Positions 1 to 9,881 of a stretch of DNA of 64,000 nucleotides are shown here, in pieces. The notes under the pieces were generated by a model. It was given only the letters and a program-made list of their open reading frames with translations, was not told where the DNA came from and did not search any database. The DNA lies in assembly GCA_965215615.1 (NCBI GenBank), contig OZ244068.1, positions 1,159,596-1,223,595 on the forward strand. Reading direction: 5' to 3'. Each line of letters opens with the position of its first letter. Within the stretch, counting starts at the first letter, position 1. The translations under genes were made by a program, and so were the position numbers. Origin of the DNA: Vicinamibacteria bacterium (GTDB taxonomy: Bacteria > Acidobacteriota > Vicinamibacteria > Marinacidobacterales > Marinacidobacteraceae).

Positions 1-178
1 TGCCGGGAGTCGGGCCGCGGTTGTCCGCCCGGAAGAATTCGGTGGCCGCCTGGCGACCGAAAGAGAGGCTCACCGAGCCGGTTCCCGGTTCGGCGATCCA
101 GGGAGTAGCCTGGGCGAGGGCACCGGCCGGGACCGCGAGAGCGAGCAGGACGAAAAGGGGCTTGAAAGGTGTCTTCAT
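1..178 (-). CDS. Partial gene encoding the N-terminus of a secreted protein; it runs off the window edge.
   Basis: Reverse complement reads MKTPFKPLFVLLALAVPAGALAQATPW..., a signal-peptide-like N-terminus. The ATG is the reverse complement of cat at about 176-178. Confidence 0.35.
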   Translation of the reverse strand, partial: MKTPFKPLFVLLALAVPAGALAQATPWIAEPGTGSVSLSFGRQAATEFFRADNRGPTPG

Positions 179-202
179 CACGAAAGTTCTCTCAGCAGGC
201 CG

Positions 203-568
203 CTAGAGCTTGAAGCGGCGGGACAGGAAGTAATGGACCAGCTCCATCCGCAGCTTGCAGTCCTCCACTCCTTCGGCGCAGAGGGCCTGCACCGCGTCGT
301 CATCCGGGCTTCCGGCCATTTCGCCTTCGTAGGCGGCCTCGAGGCTCGCCGTCAGGCTCATCGCCCGATCCTTGTCCAGCTCGTCCCGTCCGACCGGGCA
401 GTCGTCGCAGACGAGCTCGGAGAAGGTGAGCGCCTTGCCCTGTGAATAGGCGGCGCGCGGGCTGAGTTTGCCGGCACCGACCCCGATCGAGCCGGAACCC
501 GCGGCGTATGCAGCCGCGAGGGCGAAAGCCGCCAGACCCAAGGCGACGGTCAGAATCTTCCTGTTCAT
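203..568 (-). CDS. Small secreted cysteine-containing hypothetical protein, about 121 aa.
   Basis: The ORF 203..655 has an internal Met giving MNRKILTVALGLAAFALAAAYA, a signal peptide. CDDC and C..C pairs follow. No family was recognised. Confidence 0.45.
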   Translation of the reverse strand: MNRKILTVALGLAAFALAAAYAAGSGSIGVGAGKLSPRAAYSQGKALTFSELVCDDCPVGRDELDKDRAMSLTASLEAAYEGEMAGSPDDDAVQALCAEGVEDCKLRMELVHYFLSRRFKL

Positions 569-643
569 GATTTGTCCTTTCTCCTGTGGGAAAAACTGCC
601 GAGGGGGCAACACCCCCCTCGGGGCGCGTAGTCTAGCGAAGTC

Positions 644-2035
644 TTGTCTCCGCACCTTCCGGTTCTCGCCGCCTATTCGGCCCTGCTGATCGGGGTCGGA
701 TTCCTCGTTTCACGCGGCGCGCGCTCGACTTCCTCGTTCTTCGTGGCGGGCCGTGCGCTCCCCGCCCGGCTGGTTTTTGCGACCGTGCTGGCGGCGAACA
801 TCGGTGCCGGTTCGACGGTGGGTGCCGCCGCGCTCGGGTACCAGCACGGCCTCGCCGCCGCCTGGTGGATCGGTGCCGGAGGCCTCGGAACCCTCATCCT
901 CGCCGTCTGGCTGGGCCCCCCGATCTGGCGGGTGGCGAAGGAGCACCGCCTCCACACGGTGGGCGACTTTCTCGAACTTCGCTACGGTGCCACGGCGCGG
1001 GCAGCACTCACCGGTCTTCTCCTGCTGGCGACGCTCTTCGTGCTCGCTGCCCAGCTCATCGCCGCCGGAGTGCTGGTCGCGGCCGTGGCCGGGATTTCCT
1101 ATCCGGCGGCGGTCCTGGCTTCGGCTCTCGTGGTGACTCTCTATTTCGCCGCCGGCGGCCTCAAGAGCGCCGCCTTCGTGAACCTGATCCAGCTCGCCGT
1201 CCTGATGAGCGGGTTGCTGCTCGCGCTGCCCTGGGCACTTGGGGCAGCGGGCGGCCCTTCTGCCATCGAGGACGCGCTTGGCGATGGGGCTTTCGACGTA
1301 TTCGGGGCGCCGGCTCTCGCGCTCCGCTATTCGGCGCTGCTGATTCCGGCCTTTCTCGCTTCGCCCGGCATCCTCCAGAAAGTGTTCGGCGGGCGCGACG
1401 AACGCGCGGTTCGAAGGGGCCTGCTGGGGGCCGGTGTTGCGATGCTGCTCTTCGCCGTGGTCCCTCCGCTCCTCGGCCTGTCGGCTGCCGTTCTCCATCC
1501 GGGACTCGAACGTCCGGACGCGGCGCTGCCCACCCTGCTCGTCGAGACCCTCCCGGTATGGCTCGGCTGCCTCGGTGTCGTCGCGCTGTTTTCCGCCGAA
1601 GTGTCGAGTGCCGATGCGGTCCTCTTCATGCTCTCGACTTCGCTCGGGCGCGACATCTATGGCCGCTTCGTCAACCCGGAAGCCTCTCCCCGCCAAGTGC
1701 TCTTCGCCGCTCGCTTCGCGGCTTTTCTGGGCGGCCTCGCCGGAGCGGTTCTCGCGATCTTCGGCCGCAGCGTCGTGGATTCGCTAACCGTCTTCTACTC
1801 GCTTCTCGGAGTTTCGCTCCTCGCGCCGATCGCTTTCGGACTCCACCGGATACGGGTCCGGCATCGGGCGGTCCTGCCGTCCGCCGCCGCCGGGGTGGTC
1901 GCTTATTTCGTCGGCGAGGCCGCCGGTTTCCTCTCGCCGCCGCTTCTCGGGATCGTCGTTTCGGCAGTGGGGCTCTTCCTGGGCCGAAACCGGGGCCGAA
2001 AAAGGCAGGGGGACGATTCGCGTACAGCCTGCTAA
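644..2035 (+). CDS. Sodium:solute symporter family (SSF) transporter.
   Basis: Multi-pass hydrophobic protein with the SSF N-terminal motif region (...FFVAGRALP...ATVLAANIGAGSTVGAAALGY...). It uses a TTG start at 644. Confidence 0.7.
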   Translation: MSPHLPVLAAYSALLIGVGFLVSRGARSTSSFFVAGRALPARLVFATVLAANIGAGSTVGAAALGYQHGLAAAWWIGAGGLGTLILAVWLGPPIWRVAKEHRLHTVGDFLELRYGATARAALTGLLLLATLFVLAAQLIAAGVLVAAVAGISYPAAVLASALVVTLYFAAGGLKSAAFVNLIQLAVLMSGLLLALPWALGAAGGPSAIEDALGDGAFDVFGAPALALRYSALLIPAFLASPGILQKVFGGRDERAVRRGLLGAGVAMLLFAVVPPLLGLSAAVLHPGLERPDAALPTLLVETLPVWLGCLGVVALFSAEVSSADAVLFMLSTSLGRDIYGRFVNPEASPRQVLFAARFAAFLGGLAGAVLAIFGRSVVDSLTVFYSLLGVSLLAPIAFGLHRIRVRHRAVLPSAAAGVVAYFVGEAAGFLSPPLLGIVVSAVGLFLGRNRGRKRQGDDSRTAC

Positions 2036-2093
2036 GATTCCCGCCTCCCGGCGGTGGGCCGGGGATCCTCGCAACCTCTTCCCTTCAACTGAC

Positions 2094-2384
2094 ATGCTGA
2101 ACATCAGGCTCGCGCGTACCGGCCGGAAACGGGATGCCCATTTCCGCGTCGTCGTCGCCGACGCGCTCCACGGCAAGGTGGGGCGGATCGTGGAGACGGT
2201 GGGCCACTACCACCCGCGCCTGCCGAGCGACGCAGAGGGTCGGGTGCTGGTGGACGAGGAACGGGCCCGTTTCTGGATCGGTCGCGGGGCGCAGCCGAGC
2301 GATACCGTGCGGCGGCTTCTGCGAAAGCTCCCGGCGGTGCCGGCCGAATCCACGGCCAAATCCACGGCCAAATCCACGGACTGA
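2094..2384 (+). CDS. rpsP: 30S ribosomal protein S16.
   Basis: MLNIRLARTGRKRDAHFRVVVADA...GHYHP matches S16. It is the first gene of the conserved rpsP-rimM-trmD-rplS cluster. The C-terminus carries a STAKSTAK tandem repeat. Confidence 0.9.
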   Translation: MLNIRLARTGRKRDAHFRVVVADALHGKVGRIVETVGHYHPRLPSDAEGRVLVDEERARFWIGRGAQPSDTVRRLLRKLPAVPAESTAKSTAKSTD

Positions 2385-2484
2385 ACGAATCCCGGCGGGG
2401 TGTTCCGCTCTCCGCTCCGGATTTTCCTTCCCTTCCTGAAATTTCCCCTACCTTCACCGAGCGTGTTCCTGGAGTATTTCGATC

Positions 2485-3072
2485 ATGGTCGCCGGGAAAG
2501 CGCGGGAAAGCGGGTCGCGAGCCGGTTCTTCGCAAGGTGACGCGCCGGCTCCCGGTGCCGATATCGCCATCGGGGTCATCGGCCCCGCTTTCGGCCGGCG
2601 CGGAGAGGTATTCGTCGAGCCGCTGAACGGCGATCCGGAGCGTTTCGACGCTCTTCGATCTGCCCGGGTGGGCCGGCCGGGCGGGCCGGCGGTGAGTCGC
2701 GAAATCGCCTCCTGCCGGGTGCTCAAGGGCCGTCCCGCACTCCGGTTCGCCGGGGTGGAAGACATCAGCGCCGCCGAAGCCCTGCGCGGTCATGAGTTGC
2801 GCATCGCCGAATCCGAACGCGAGGAGCTCCCCGAGGGTGTCTTCTACTTCGACGAGTTGATCGGTTGTCGCGCCGAGTCGCCCGCCGGGGAGTCCTTCGG
2901 AGAAGTGGTGGGTGTTTCCGAGGCGGGGGGCGGGTCGCTGCTCGTTTTGCGGCGAGCCGACGGAGGAGAATCCCTGATTCCGTTCGTCGAGGGGATTTGC
3001 CCCGTGGTGGACCCCGAAGCCGGCCGGATCGTCATGGACCCGCCGGACGGGCTCTTGAGGGTGAACGGATGA
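2485..3072 (+). CDS. rimM: 16S rRNA processing protein RimM.
   Basis: ...[21 protein letters not shown]...[20 protein letters not shown]... matches the RimM PRC-barrel family. Its position between rpsP and trmD agrees. Confidence 0.8.
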   Translation: MVAGKARESGSRAGSSQGDAPAPGADIAIGVIGPAFGRRGEVFVEPLNGDPERFDALRSARVGRPGGPAVSREIASCRVLKGRPALRFAGVEDISAAEALRGHELRIAESEREELPEGVFYFDELIGCRAESPAGESFGEVVGVSEAGGGSLLVLRRADGGESLIPFVEGICPVVDPEAGRIVMDPPDGLLRVNG

Positions 3073-3791
3073 TGCGGGTGGACATCCTCACTCTCTTCCC
3101 GGAGATGTTCGACGGAGCCTTCGGCCACGGCATCACCCGTCGGGCGAGGGAGTCCGGCGTTCTCGATATCCACCTCCATCGGCTCACCGACTGGTCGGAT
3201 GGCCGCTACCAGCGCGCTGATGACGCTCCTTACGGCGGCGGCCCGGGCATGGTGATGCGGGTGGAGCCGCTCGCCCGGGCCGTGGATGCGATCCGCGCCA
3301 TGGATGCGAGGATGCCCCGGACGCTGCTCCTTTCCCCTCGCGGAAGGCTCCTCGACCAGCCTGAGGTCACGAGGATTGCCCGGGAAGAGCGGATCCTGCT
3401 GGTAGCCGGCCGCTACGAGGGCGTGGACGAGCGCTTCCTGATTCTCACTGGGGCCGAGGAAATTTCGGTCGGCGACTACGTCCTCTCCGGCGGCGAAATC
3501 CCCGCCATGGTCGTCGTCGAAGCGGCGACCCGTTTGCTGCCGGGGGCCCTCGGAGACGAGGCTTCGGCGGCCGACGACTCCTTCTCGAACGGGTTACTGG
3601 AATACCCGCAGTACACCCGTCCCGCAGTCTGGCGCGGCGTCGAGGTTCCCGAGATCCTCCGTTCCGGGGATCATGATGCCGTCCGTCGCTACCGGCTCGA
3701 GCAGTCGGTGGCCCTGACCCGCGCCCGCCGTCCCGATCTTTACCGGAAAGCAGTCGCCGCCGGCACCATCGCAAAGGAACAAGCACCATGA
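3069..3791 (+). CDS. trmD: tRNA (guanine37-N1)-methyltransferase TrmD.
   Basis: [18 protein letters not shown]...YGGGPGMVM...[13 protein letters not shown]... is the SPOUT TrmD signature. Its ATG overlaps the rimM stop. Confidence 0.9.
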   Translation: MMRVDILTLFPEMFDGAFGHGITRRARESGVLDIHLHRLTDWSDGRYQRADDAPYGGGPGMVMRVEPLARAVDAIRAMDARMPRTLLLSPRGRLLDQPEVTRIAREERILLVAGRYEGVDERFLILTGAEEISVGDYVLSGGEIPAMVVVEAATRLLPGALGDEASAADDSFSNGLLEYPQYTRPAVWRGVEVPEILRSGDHDAVRRYRLEQSVALTRARRPDLYRKAVAAGTIAKEQAP

Positions 3792-4231
3792 ACACCAGCC
3801 CGGAAAACGGGAGCCCTCCTGCGCCGGAGCCCGCGGCGCTCCCCGCTCCCGAAGGAAGCCCCACCCGCGCTGCGCCGCCTCCCGCAGTGGAGGTCATCCG
3901 CTCTCTGGAAGCCGATGAGCTTCGCTCCGATCGACCCGAGCTCCGGCCGGGCGATGCCGTCCGGGTGCACGCCACCATCCGGGAAGGGGATCGCGAGCGC
4001 ATCCAGGTGTTCGAGGGGATTCTCATCGCGATGAAAAATGGGGGAAACCGCCGGACGATCACGGTTCGCAAGACCTCTTTCGGGATTCCGGTCGAACGCA
4101 TCTTTCCGCTGCACTCGCCACTCCTGGCCAAGGTGGAAGTCGTCCGTTCGCACCACGTCCGCCGGGCCAAGCTCTACTTCCTGCGCGAGCGGAAGGGCAA
4201 GGCGGCGCGGCTGCGTGAGAAGCGGCGCTGA
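3788..4231 (+). CDS. rplS: 50S ribosomal protein L19, possibly with a roughly 35-aa Pro/Ala-rich N-terminal extension.
   Basis: ...[34 protein letters not shown]...[21 protein letters not shown] matches L19. There is an ATGA overlap with the trmD stop. A canonical-length protein would start near the internal GTG (VEVIRSL). Confidence 0.85.
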   Translation: MNTSPENGSPPAPEPAALPAPEGSPTRAAPPPAVEVIRSLEADELRSDRPELRPGDAVRVHATIREGDRERIQVFEGILIAMKNGGNRRTITVRKTSFGIPVERIFPLHSPLLAKVEVVRSHHVRRAKLYFLRERKGKAARLREKRR

Positions 4232-4245
4232 CCCGGTGCGGCGGT

Positions 4246-4863
4246 GTGGCGAAAGCTCCCGCCCTCGGAACTCCCGGGCGTCCGATCCTCTGCGCGGTCA
4301 CCGACCTTGCGGGGGCAGGGGAACCGTCCCGGCTTGAATCCTTGCTGGATGCCGGACTGGACTGGATCCAGTTGCGCGACCGCCGGGCGACCGATGGCGA
4401 GATGGAGGCTTTCCTGACCGGTGTCCGGGCGGTAGCTCCCCGGGTTCTCGACAGGTTGCTGCTGAACGACCGCCTTTCGCTCGCCGCGACCTTCCCGGTG
4501 GGGGGTCTTCATCTGCCGGAAGCAGGGCTTCCGGTCGAACTCGCGAGAGATCACTTTCCGGCGCTCCGCATCGGAAGGTCCGCTCACAGCCTGGAGTCGG
4601 CGAGAGAAGCTGCCCGGCAGGGGGCCGACTATGTGATCCTGGGGCCGGCTTTTCCCACCGGACAGAAACGGAATCCGCTCGCGAGGGAAGAGTTTCCGGG
4701 CACTGGCGATCTCGGGTTGCCGGTCTGGGCGATCGGCGGGATCACGCCGGCCAACGGGCGCGAGGTCGCGAAGCTCGGAATTTCGGGAGTCGCGGCCATT
4801 CGCGCGCTCCGCGAACCGGATCAGGTTCGGGCGCTTCGAGGAGCTGTCGCCTCGTGTTCCTGA
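4246..4863 (+). CDS. thiE: Thiamine-phosphate synthase ThiE.
   Basis: ...DWIQLRDRRATDGE...YVILGPAFPTGQK...VWAIGGITPANG... shows the TMP-TENI fold motifs. Confidence 0.75.
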   Translation: MAKAPALGTPGRPILCAVTDLAGAGEPSRLESLLDAGLDWIQLRDRRATDGEMEAFLTGVRAVAPRVLDRLLLNDRLSLAATFPVGGLHLPEAGLPVELARDHFPALRIGRSAHSLESAREAARQGADYVILGPAFPTGQKRNPLAREEFPGTGDLGLPVWAIGGITPANGREVAKLGISGVAAIRALREPDQVRALRGAVASCS

Positions 4864-4880
4864 AGCCTTCGCCCGCTACG

Positions 4881-6383
4881 ATGCGGACCGAAGCTCCCAT
4901 GGCCCCGAGAGTTGCCGCCCTGTCCCTTCCGTTGGCTGTTCTGTTTGTGATCCCGCCGGGGTTCTCTCTAGCCCAGCCGGATCCCGATCTCGAGCGCGCC
5001 GCCCGCATCCGCTTCGAGAGCGGGGTCCAGTTCCTGAACGGAGGACGGGGTGAGCAGGCACTGCGCGATTTCGAGGCGGTGCTGCAGACGATGGGAGAAA
5101 GCAGCTTCGCGGATGATGCGGCGCTCGAGATCGCCCGCTACCGCTTCGAGGTGGAGGGAGATGCCGGGGCATCCCGGGCCATGCTGGAGCGGCTGCTCGC
5201 CGAATATCCGGCCGGAGATGTGGTGCCGGGGGCCTATTTCCTGAAGGCCCGGATGGCGCGGGAAGCCACGCCCCCGCGCTTTTCGGAAGCACAAGCCGAC
5301 TGGGAGCGCGCCGTTCTCGCCGGAGGCGCGGACTCTCCCTGGAGTTACCCGGCACTTGTTGCCATCGCCCGCCTGGATTTCGCGTTCATGCGGGATGACG
5401 AAGCCGCTGGCGCGCTACTCGAGGCTCTTTACGGCAGTCACCGGGGAGATACGTCCCCGGGCGATCTTTTCGAGGCGCAATTCCTGCTCGGGCGCGCACT
5501 CGCCCGCTCGGGAGACCGGGAGGCGGCGCTTCTCGCGCTCGGAGCGCTTCGCCGGGACATCCTCGAAGCAGGCGACGAGGATGCCTTCGATCTTGCTGAC
5601 CGTGCGTTCGCGCTCGGGGATCTGATCGCGAGCGGCGGAGATCGGGGCTTTCTCGGCGGCATCGTCGCGCCCCGGCCTCTCGACCGGCCGCTCCGGCTTC
5701 GGGTTTCCGGTTCGGTGATGCACATCCTCGACCGCGATACCGGGGAATTGCAGAGCCTGAACCTTGAGGGGGAATCCATCGGTGTCCTTCCGGTGGAAAA
5801 CGCCCGGAGCTTCGCGATGCTGCCGGATGGTGGTCCGGTGATCGCCGCCGAGCGGGCGCTCCTCCTCGACGGCCGGATGGTGCGGATGCTCGCGCCGGAC
5901 GATGAGGGCAGACTGGTGCCGCTCGACCGGATTCGATCCGTCGCGGTGACTCCGGAAGGCTTGTGGATATGGGACGAGCGTCGCGAACAGATCCTGCGTT
6001 TCGCCTTCTCGGGGGTCTTCGTGGATGTCATGCCGCTTCCCCGGCTCGCCGACCTGCGACTCATCGAGCGGCATCCGGCCGGCTATCTGCTGGTGCTCGG
6101 GGAAGGGGGAGTCCGCGGGTTCGACCCGGTGGGCAACTCGGTGCTCTCCTTGCCGCTCGAAGACCCGGTGGATGTCGCCTTCGATGATCTCGGGCGGCTC
6201 CATGTCCTCGATGCCGAAGGCCCCCTGATCGTTACGTACGATCGCGATTTCCGCCAGATTTCCCGAATTTCCGCCGCGGATCTGCGGTCGGCCGGGATCC
6301 GCGAACCGGTGTCTCTCGATATCGGTACCGATGGTTCGCTGTTCGTGCTGGATGCCGGGGGCGTGATCGGGGTGTTCCGATGA
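4881..6383 (+). CDS. Secreted TPR-like plus NHL/beta-propeller repeat protein.
   Basis: Signal peptide (MRTEAPMAPRVAALSLPLAVLFV...). TPR-like helical N-terminal half. The C-terminal half has repeated ...LWIWD..., ...LHVLDAEG..., ...LFVLDAGG... blades. Confidence 0.55.
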   Translation: MRTEAPMAPRVAALSLPLAVLFVIPPGFSLAQPDPDLERAARIRFESGVQFLNGGRGEQALRDFEAVLQTMGESSFADDAALEIARYRFEVEGDAGASRAMLERLLAEYPAGDVVPGAYFLKARMAREATPPRFSEAQADWERAVLAGGADSPWSYPALVAIARLDFAFMRDDEAAGALLEALYGSHRGDTSPGDLFEAQFLLGRALARSGDREAALLALGALRRDILEAGDEDAFDLADRAFALGDLIASGGDRGFLGGIVAPRPLDRPLRLRVSGSVMHILDRDTGELQSLNLEGESIGVLPVENARSFAMLPDGGPVIAAERALLLDGRMVRMLAPDDEGRLVPLDRIRSVAVTPEGLWIWDERREQILRFAFSGVFVDVMPLPRLADLRLIERHPAGYLLVLGEGGVRGFDPVGNSVLSLPLEDPVDVAFDDLGRLHVLDAEGPLIVTYDRDFRQISRISAADLRSAGIREPVSLDIGTDGSLFVLDAGGVIGVFR

Positions 6384-8428
6384 TCCGTTTCGGATTTTGG
6401 TGCCTGGCCCTGATCCTGCCGGCTTCGGTGTTCGGAGCGGCCTTGCTACAGGTCGAATTTCGGGAGGAAGAGCTCAGAAGTATCGCCGCCGAACTTCCGG
6501 AACTGCGTCGGCGGGCCTCGGATGCCGACCTCGCCACCGATGCGGTGATCGCTCTCACCGGGATTCTGCGCCGGCTCGAACCGGCAGAAGTCGGGGATTC
6601 CGCGTTCGGAGAGCTGGAGGCGGAACTCTCCGGCCGGGCACTCGAATATCGGGCCCGTGCCTACCTGAGCCGCGGCGACCGGGAAGAGGGAATCCAGGAC
6701 GCGCGCACCCTGCTCCTGCTGGCACCCGGCTGGGAAGTGGATCGCTCTGATCTGACGCCGGCGTTCGTGGACATGTTCGAGCAGGAGCGCGTCCGCCTCG
6801 TCGCCTGGATCCAGGTGGAAACCACTCCCCCCGGCGCGACCGTCTTCATCGGTGATTCCCGGGCGGGAGAGACCCCCCTCGTCGGGTATCCGGTGGTGAG
6901 TGGTTCGATGCGGATTCGCGTCGAGCGCGCTGGCTACCGCGGAGTCGAGTTTCCCCGGATGGATGTCCTGGCAGGGGAGGTGGTTCGCCTGGAGCAGGAG
7001 CTTCTTCGCGAGGGGCCGGTGCTGCCGATCATCACCGCTCCCCCGGGAGTCACGGTGCGGGTGGACGGCAGGGTGGCCGGAACTACCGGGGGCTCCCTGC
7101 CGGAAGATCTCAAGCCGATGGCTCCGCCACGGTTCGCCGAAGAGGATCTCTCCGCGCCTCTCGACATCGGCGGCCTGCGCGTCGGAGCCCAGGAGATCAC
7201 GCTCTCCGCGCCATGTCGCCAGCAATCCCGGTTCACCTTCCACGCCGACGAGGCGCGGGACTACCTGCCGCGCTTCGTGCGGCTCCGGCCTTCCATCGGG
7301 GCTCTCCTCGTTGAGAGCGAGCCGCCGGGAGGACGCGTTCTGCTCGACGGCGAGGAACAGGGTGTCACGCCGCTCACCTTTTCCGCTCTTTGTGCTGGCC
7401 GCCACCAGGTAGAGATCCGGCATCCCGCCGGCCGTTGCCGGGAGACGGTGGAAGTTCGCCGGGATGCCCGCGCTTCGGTCGTCTGCAGGACGAAGCCGCT
7501 GCTCCGGCTGGCGCCTGCCGGGCCCGATGCCATCTCTCCGCTCGAGGAAGTCGCCCGGCGTGCGGTGGCTGCGGCCGAAGTGGGCTATCTGCTGCCGCCG
7601 GAGGATCCGGGGGAAGGGAGCATCGTCTCCGAGCTTCGGGTGGTTCCTGGAGCGAGTGGCGGCCGGGGAGTCGTGGAGTTGACCGCCTCGGGTGCTTCCC
7701 TCCCGGACGGGGTGCCCTTCGACCGTTTCGATCCCGATTCGGTGAGCTTCGCGGTGGAACGTATCCTTCGTCCGGTTCCCCGCCGCGCTGCGTGGGCAGG
7801 CTTCTCGGCCGGTCTCCGGCGCGTCCAGGAACTCGACGGAAGCTCTTCCCTCGCGCTCGAAGTGTTTTCGGTGCATCCCGAAGGACCCGCAGTGCTGGCC
7901 GGGATGGAGCCGGGCGATCTCTTGCTGGAGGTGGACGGGCGACCGGTCGCCGACGAGGCGATCCTCGCCCGAATCCTGGCCGAACAGATTCCGGATCAGC
8001 CGCTCGACGTGCTGGTGCGGCGAGGCGACTCCGATCGTCTCCTCAGGATCACGATCGCGACGGTTCCGATCTTGCCGACGGCTTCGGCTCACCGGTGTAA
8101 CCGGCGTCTCGTCGAGATTCTCGCCGACGCGGCGACGGGCGGAGAAGACGCGGTCCGTCGCCTCGAGGCGGGGATATGTCGTTTTCTGCTTGGCGACCCG
8201 GGAGCCGCCCTCGCCGAAGGACTCGGTGCCCCGGCAGATGCAGGCATGGGCGCTCTCAAAGGGGCCCGCCTCTACTACCGGGGCCTCGCGCTCTTCGAGC
8301 TCGGGGACCGGGAAGAGGCGATCCGGTCGCTCGAAGCCGCTGCGGCGGTTCCCGGGGCTTACCTGATCTCTCCTTCCGGTCCGCCCCTCGGCCCGCTCGT
8401 TCGCCGCCTCCTGCGGAGGCTTCGGTGA
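6380..8428 (+). CDS. Secreted PEGA-domain and PDZ-domain protein with a C-terminal TPR-like region.
   Basis: Three PEGA-like segments (e.g. GATVFIGDSRAGETPLVGYPV..., EPPGGRVLLDGEEQGVTPL...). A PDZ-like segment (...HPEGPAVLAGMEPGDLLLEVDGRPV...). ATGA overlap with the upstream gene. Confidence 0.6.
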   Translation: MIRFGFWCLALILPASVFGAALLQVEFREEELRSIAAELPELRRRASDADLATDAVIALTGILRRLEPAEVGDSAFGELEAELSGRALEYRARAYLSRGDREEGIQDARTLLLLAPGWEVDRSDLTPAFVDMFEQERVRLVAWIQVETTPPGATVFIGDSRAGETPLVGYPVVSGSMRIRVERAGYRGVEFPRMDVLAGEVVRLEQELLREGPVLPIITAPPGVTVRVDGRVAGTTGGSLPEDLKPMAPPRFAEEDLSAPLDIGGLRVGAQEITLSAPCRQQSRFTFHADEARDYLPRFVRLRPSIGALLVESEPPGGRVLLDGEEQGVTPLTFSALCAGRHQVEIRHPAGRCRETVEVRRDARASVVCRTKPLLRLAPAGPDAISPLEEVARRAVAAAEVGYLLPPEDPGEGSIVSELRVVPGASGGRGVVELTASGASLPDGVPFDRFDPDSVSFAVERILRPVPRRAAWAGFSAGLRRVQELDGSSSLALEVFSVHPEGPAVLAGMEPGDLLLEVDGRPVADEAILARILAEQIPDQPLDVLVRRGDSDRLLRITIATVPILPTASAHRCNRRLVEILADAATGGEDAVRRLEAGICRFLLGDPGAALAEGLGAPADAGMGALKGARLYYRGLALFELGDREEAIRSLEAAAAVPGAYLISPSGPPLGPLVRRLLRRLR

Positions 8429-8964
8429 CCGAAGCCCGCGCGATCCTCCCGCGCTACGCCCTCAGGGTCGAAAACGCGCCATCCGGTCTGCTCGGCGAAG
8501 GGGCGGCCCCCCCAGGAGCGAGCTATCCGATTTCGCTGCGCGCCACGCTGATCGGGAGCGCTCCCCACGCACATATCCGTCTCGAAGACCCTTTCATCAG
8601 CGCGGAGCACGCCCGGCTCCTGCTCCGCGACACCGATTTGCGCCTCGAAGATCTGAAGAGCACGAACCGGACGCTTCTGAACGGCGCTCCGGTGACCACC
8701 CGGGTGGCTCTTCACCCGGGCGACGTGCTCCAACTCGCGGAAGTGACCTGCCGCATCGAATCCCTCGTCGGTGCGATGCCCCGAACCTCGCGCGAGACGG
8801 CCGCCGGACCCCGCGAAGAAGCGTTCCTCGCGCCTGTCCGGCTCCCGGCCGTCCATCTCGCCGGCCCGCTTCCCGGAGAACCCCGCCGTTTCCGGCTGCG
8901 GGTCCTGCTCTGGTTCGGGATCTCGGCGGCGCTGGCCGCGGTTCTCGCCTGGCTGCTGGCGTGA
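8425..8964 (+). CDS. FHA-domain protein with a C-terminal transmembrane helix.
   Basis: ...IGSAPHAHIRLEDPFISAEHARLL...STNRTLLNGAPV... is an FHA fold motif. Hydrophobic tail LRVLLWFGISAALAAVLAWLLA. GTG start overlaps the upstream stop (GTGA). Confidence 0.6.
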   Translation: MTEARAILPRYALRVENAPSGLLGEGAAPPGASYPISLRATLIGSAPHAHIRLEDPFISAEHARLLLRDTDLRLEDLKSTNRTLLNGAPVTTRVALHPGDVLQLAEVTCRIESLVGAMPRTSRETAAGPREEAFLAPVRLPAVHLAGPLPGEPRRFRLRVLLWFGISAALAAVLAWLLA

Positions 8965-9881
8965 CGCGCATCCTGCCGAAGGCGGTGCTCCCCGGCTCCA
9001 CGATCGGCATTTTCGCGCCCGCGAGTCCGGTACGGCTTCCCTTTCTCGAAGCGGGGGAGCGCGAGCTTCAGAGGCTCGGGTTTCATACGAGGCGTTCCCG
9101 GAACCTGCTGGCGCGCCGCGATTTCACTGCGGGGACCGCCGCGGAGCGGACCGCCGACTTCCTCGAGCTTTGGGACGACGACCGGGTGGATGCCCTTTTC
9201 GGGGCACGCGGTGGTTACGGGAGTCTGGACCTCCTCTCCGGCGTTCCCGCGGCGCTGCTCCGCGACCGGCCCCGGATCCTCCTCGGCGCGAGCGACCTCA
9301 CTGCGCTGCTCGCCCACGCCGACGCTGCCGGCATGCCCGCGCTCCACGGCCCGATGGTGGCCCAGCAGATCGCCCGGGGGGAAGAGGCCTGGGATTCCGC
9401 CGAGCTCATGGGGCTTTTGAGCGCCACCGAGCCGGGCTTCCACCTTCCGTGGCGGGGCGCGACCATGCTCGCCGAGGGAGCGGCCGAGGGCGAACTGCGG
9501 GGCGGTTGTCTGTCGCTCGTGGCGGCGCTCGTCGGCACTCCCTGGGCGGTTCGTTTCGAGGGAGCCATCGCGGTTCTCGAAGACATCGGGGTCAAGCCCT
9601 TCCAGATCGAGCGGATGTGGACCCAGTTGCGGCTTTCGGGAGCACTCGATGGGGTGCGCGGAATCGTTTTCGGACAGATGCCCGGGTGTCTCCAGCACCC
9701 GGATCAGGGATACACACTCGCCGAACTGCTCTGCCGGCTGGCCGAACCGCTCGGCATCCCGGTGGTCTTCGGCTTCGCCACCGGGCATCTCGAAAAGGGC
9801 CGCTGCCGGGCCCTGCCGCTTGGGGTTCGTGCCCGCCTGGATGCAGATGGGCTGACCCTGCTCGAGGCCGTCGTCCGTTGA
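8961..9881 (+). CDS. ldcA: LD-carboxypeptidase (muramoyltetrapeptide carboxypeptidase, peptidase S66).
   Basis: ...IGIFAPASP...ARGGYGS...GASDLTALL...VFGFATGH... matches the S66 LdcA family. GTG start. Confidence 0.75.
   Translation: MTRILPKAVLPGSTIGIFAPASPVRLPFLEAGERELQRLGFHTRRSRNLLARRDFTAGTAAERTADFLELWDDDRVDALFGARGGYGSLDLLSGVPAALLRDRPRILLGASDLTALLAHADAAGMPALHGPMVAQQIARGEEAWDSAELMGLLSATEPGFHLPWRGATMLAEGAAEGELRGGCLSLVAALVGTPWAVRFEGAIAVLEDIGVKPFQIERMWTQLRLSGALDGVRGIVFGQMPGCLQHPDQGYTLAELLCRLAEPLGIPVVFGFATGHLEKGRCRALPLGVRARLDADGLTLLEAVVR

Noticed and set aside
710-2100. Long ORFs 710..1696 (-) and 865..2100 (+) overlapping the SSF symporter gene.
   Set aside because: Arg/Pro/Gly-rich low-complexity translations typical of off-frame or antisense reading of high-GC coding DNA. 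The symporter frame has clear membrane-protein features.
6446-8092. 548-aa minus-strand ORF antisense to the PEGA/PDZ gene, and plus-strand ORFs 6397..6750 and 7390..8100.
   Set aside because: No recognisable motifs. Arg-rich composition. They lie completely inside a better-supported gene.
8771-9877. 5' 369 codons of the 859-aa ORF that ends as mpl.
   Set aside because: This portion is out of frame relative to ldcA and FHA, which have good motifs on the same strand. The Mpl homology starts only near 9878.
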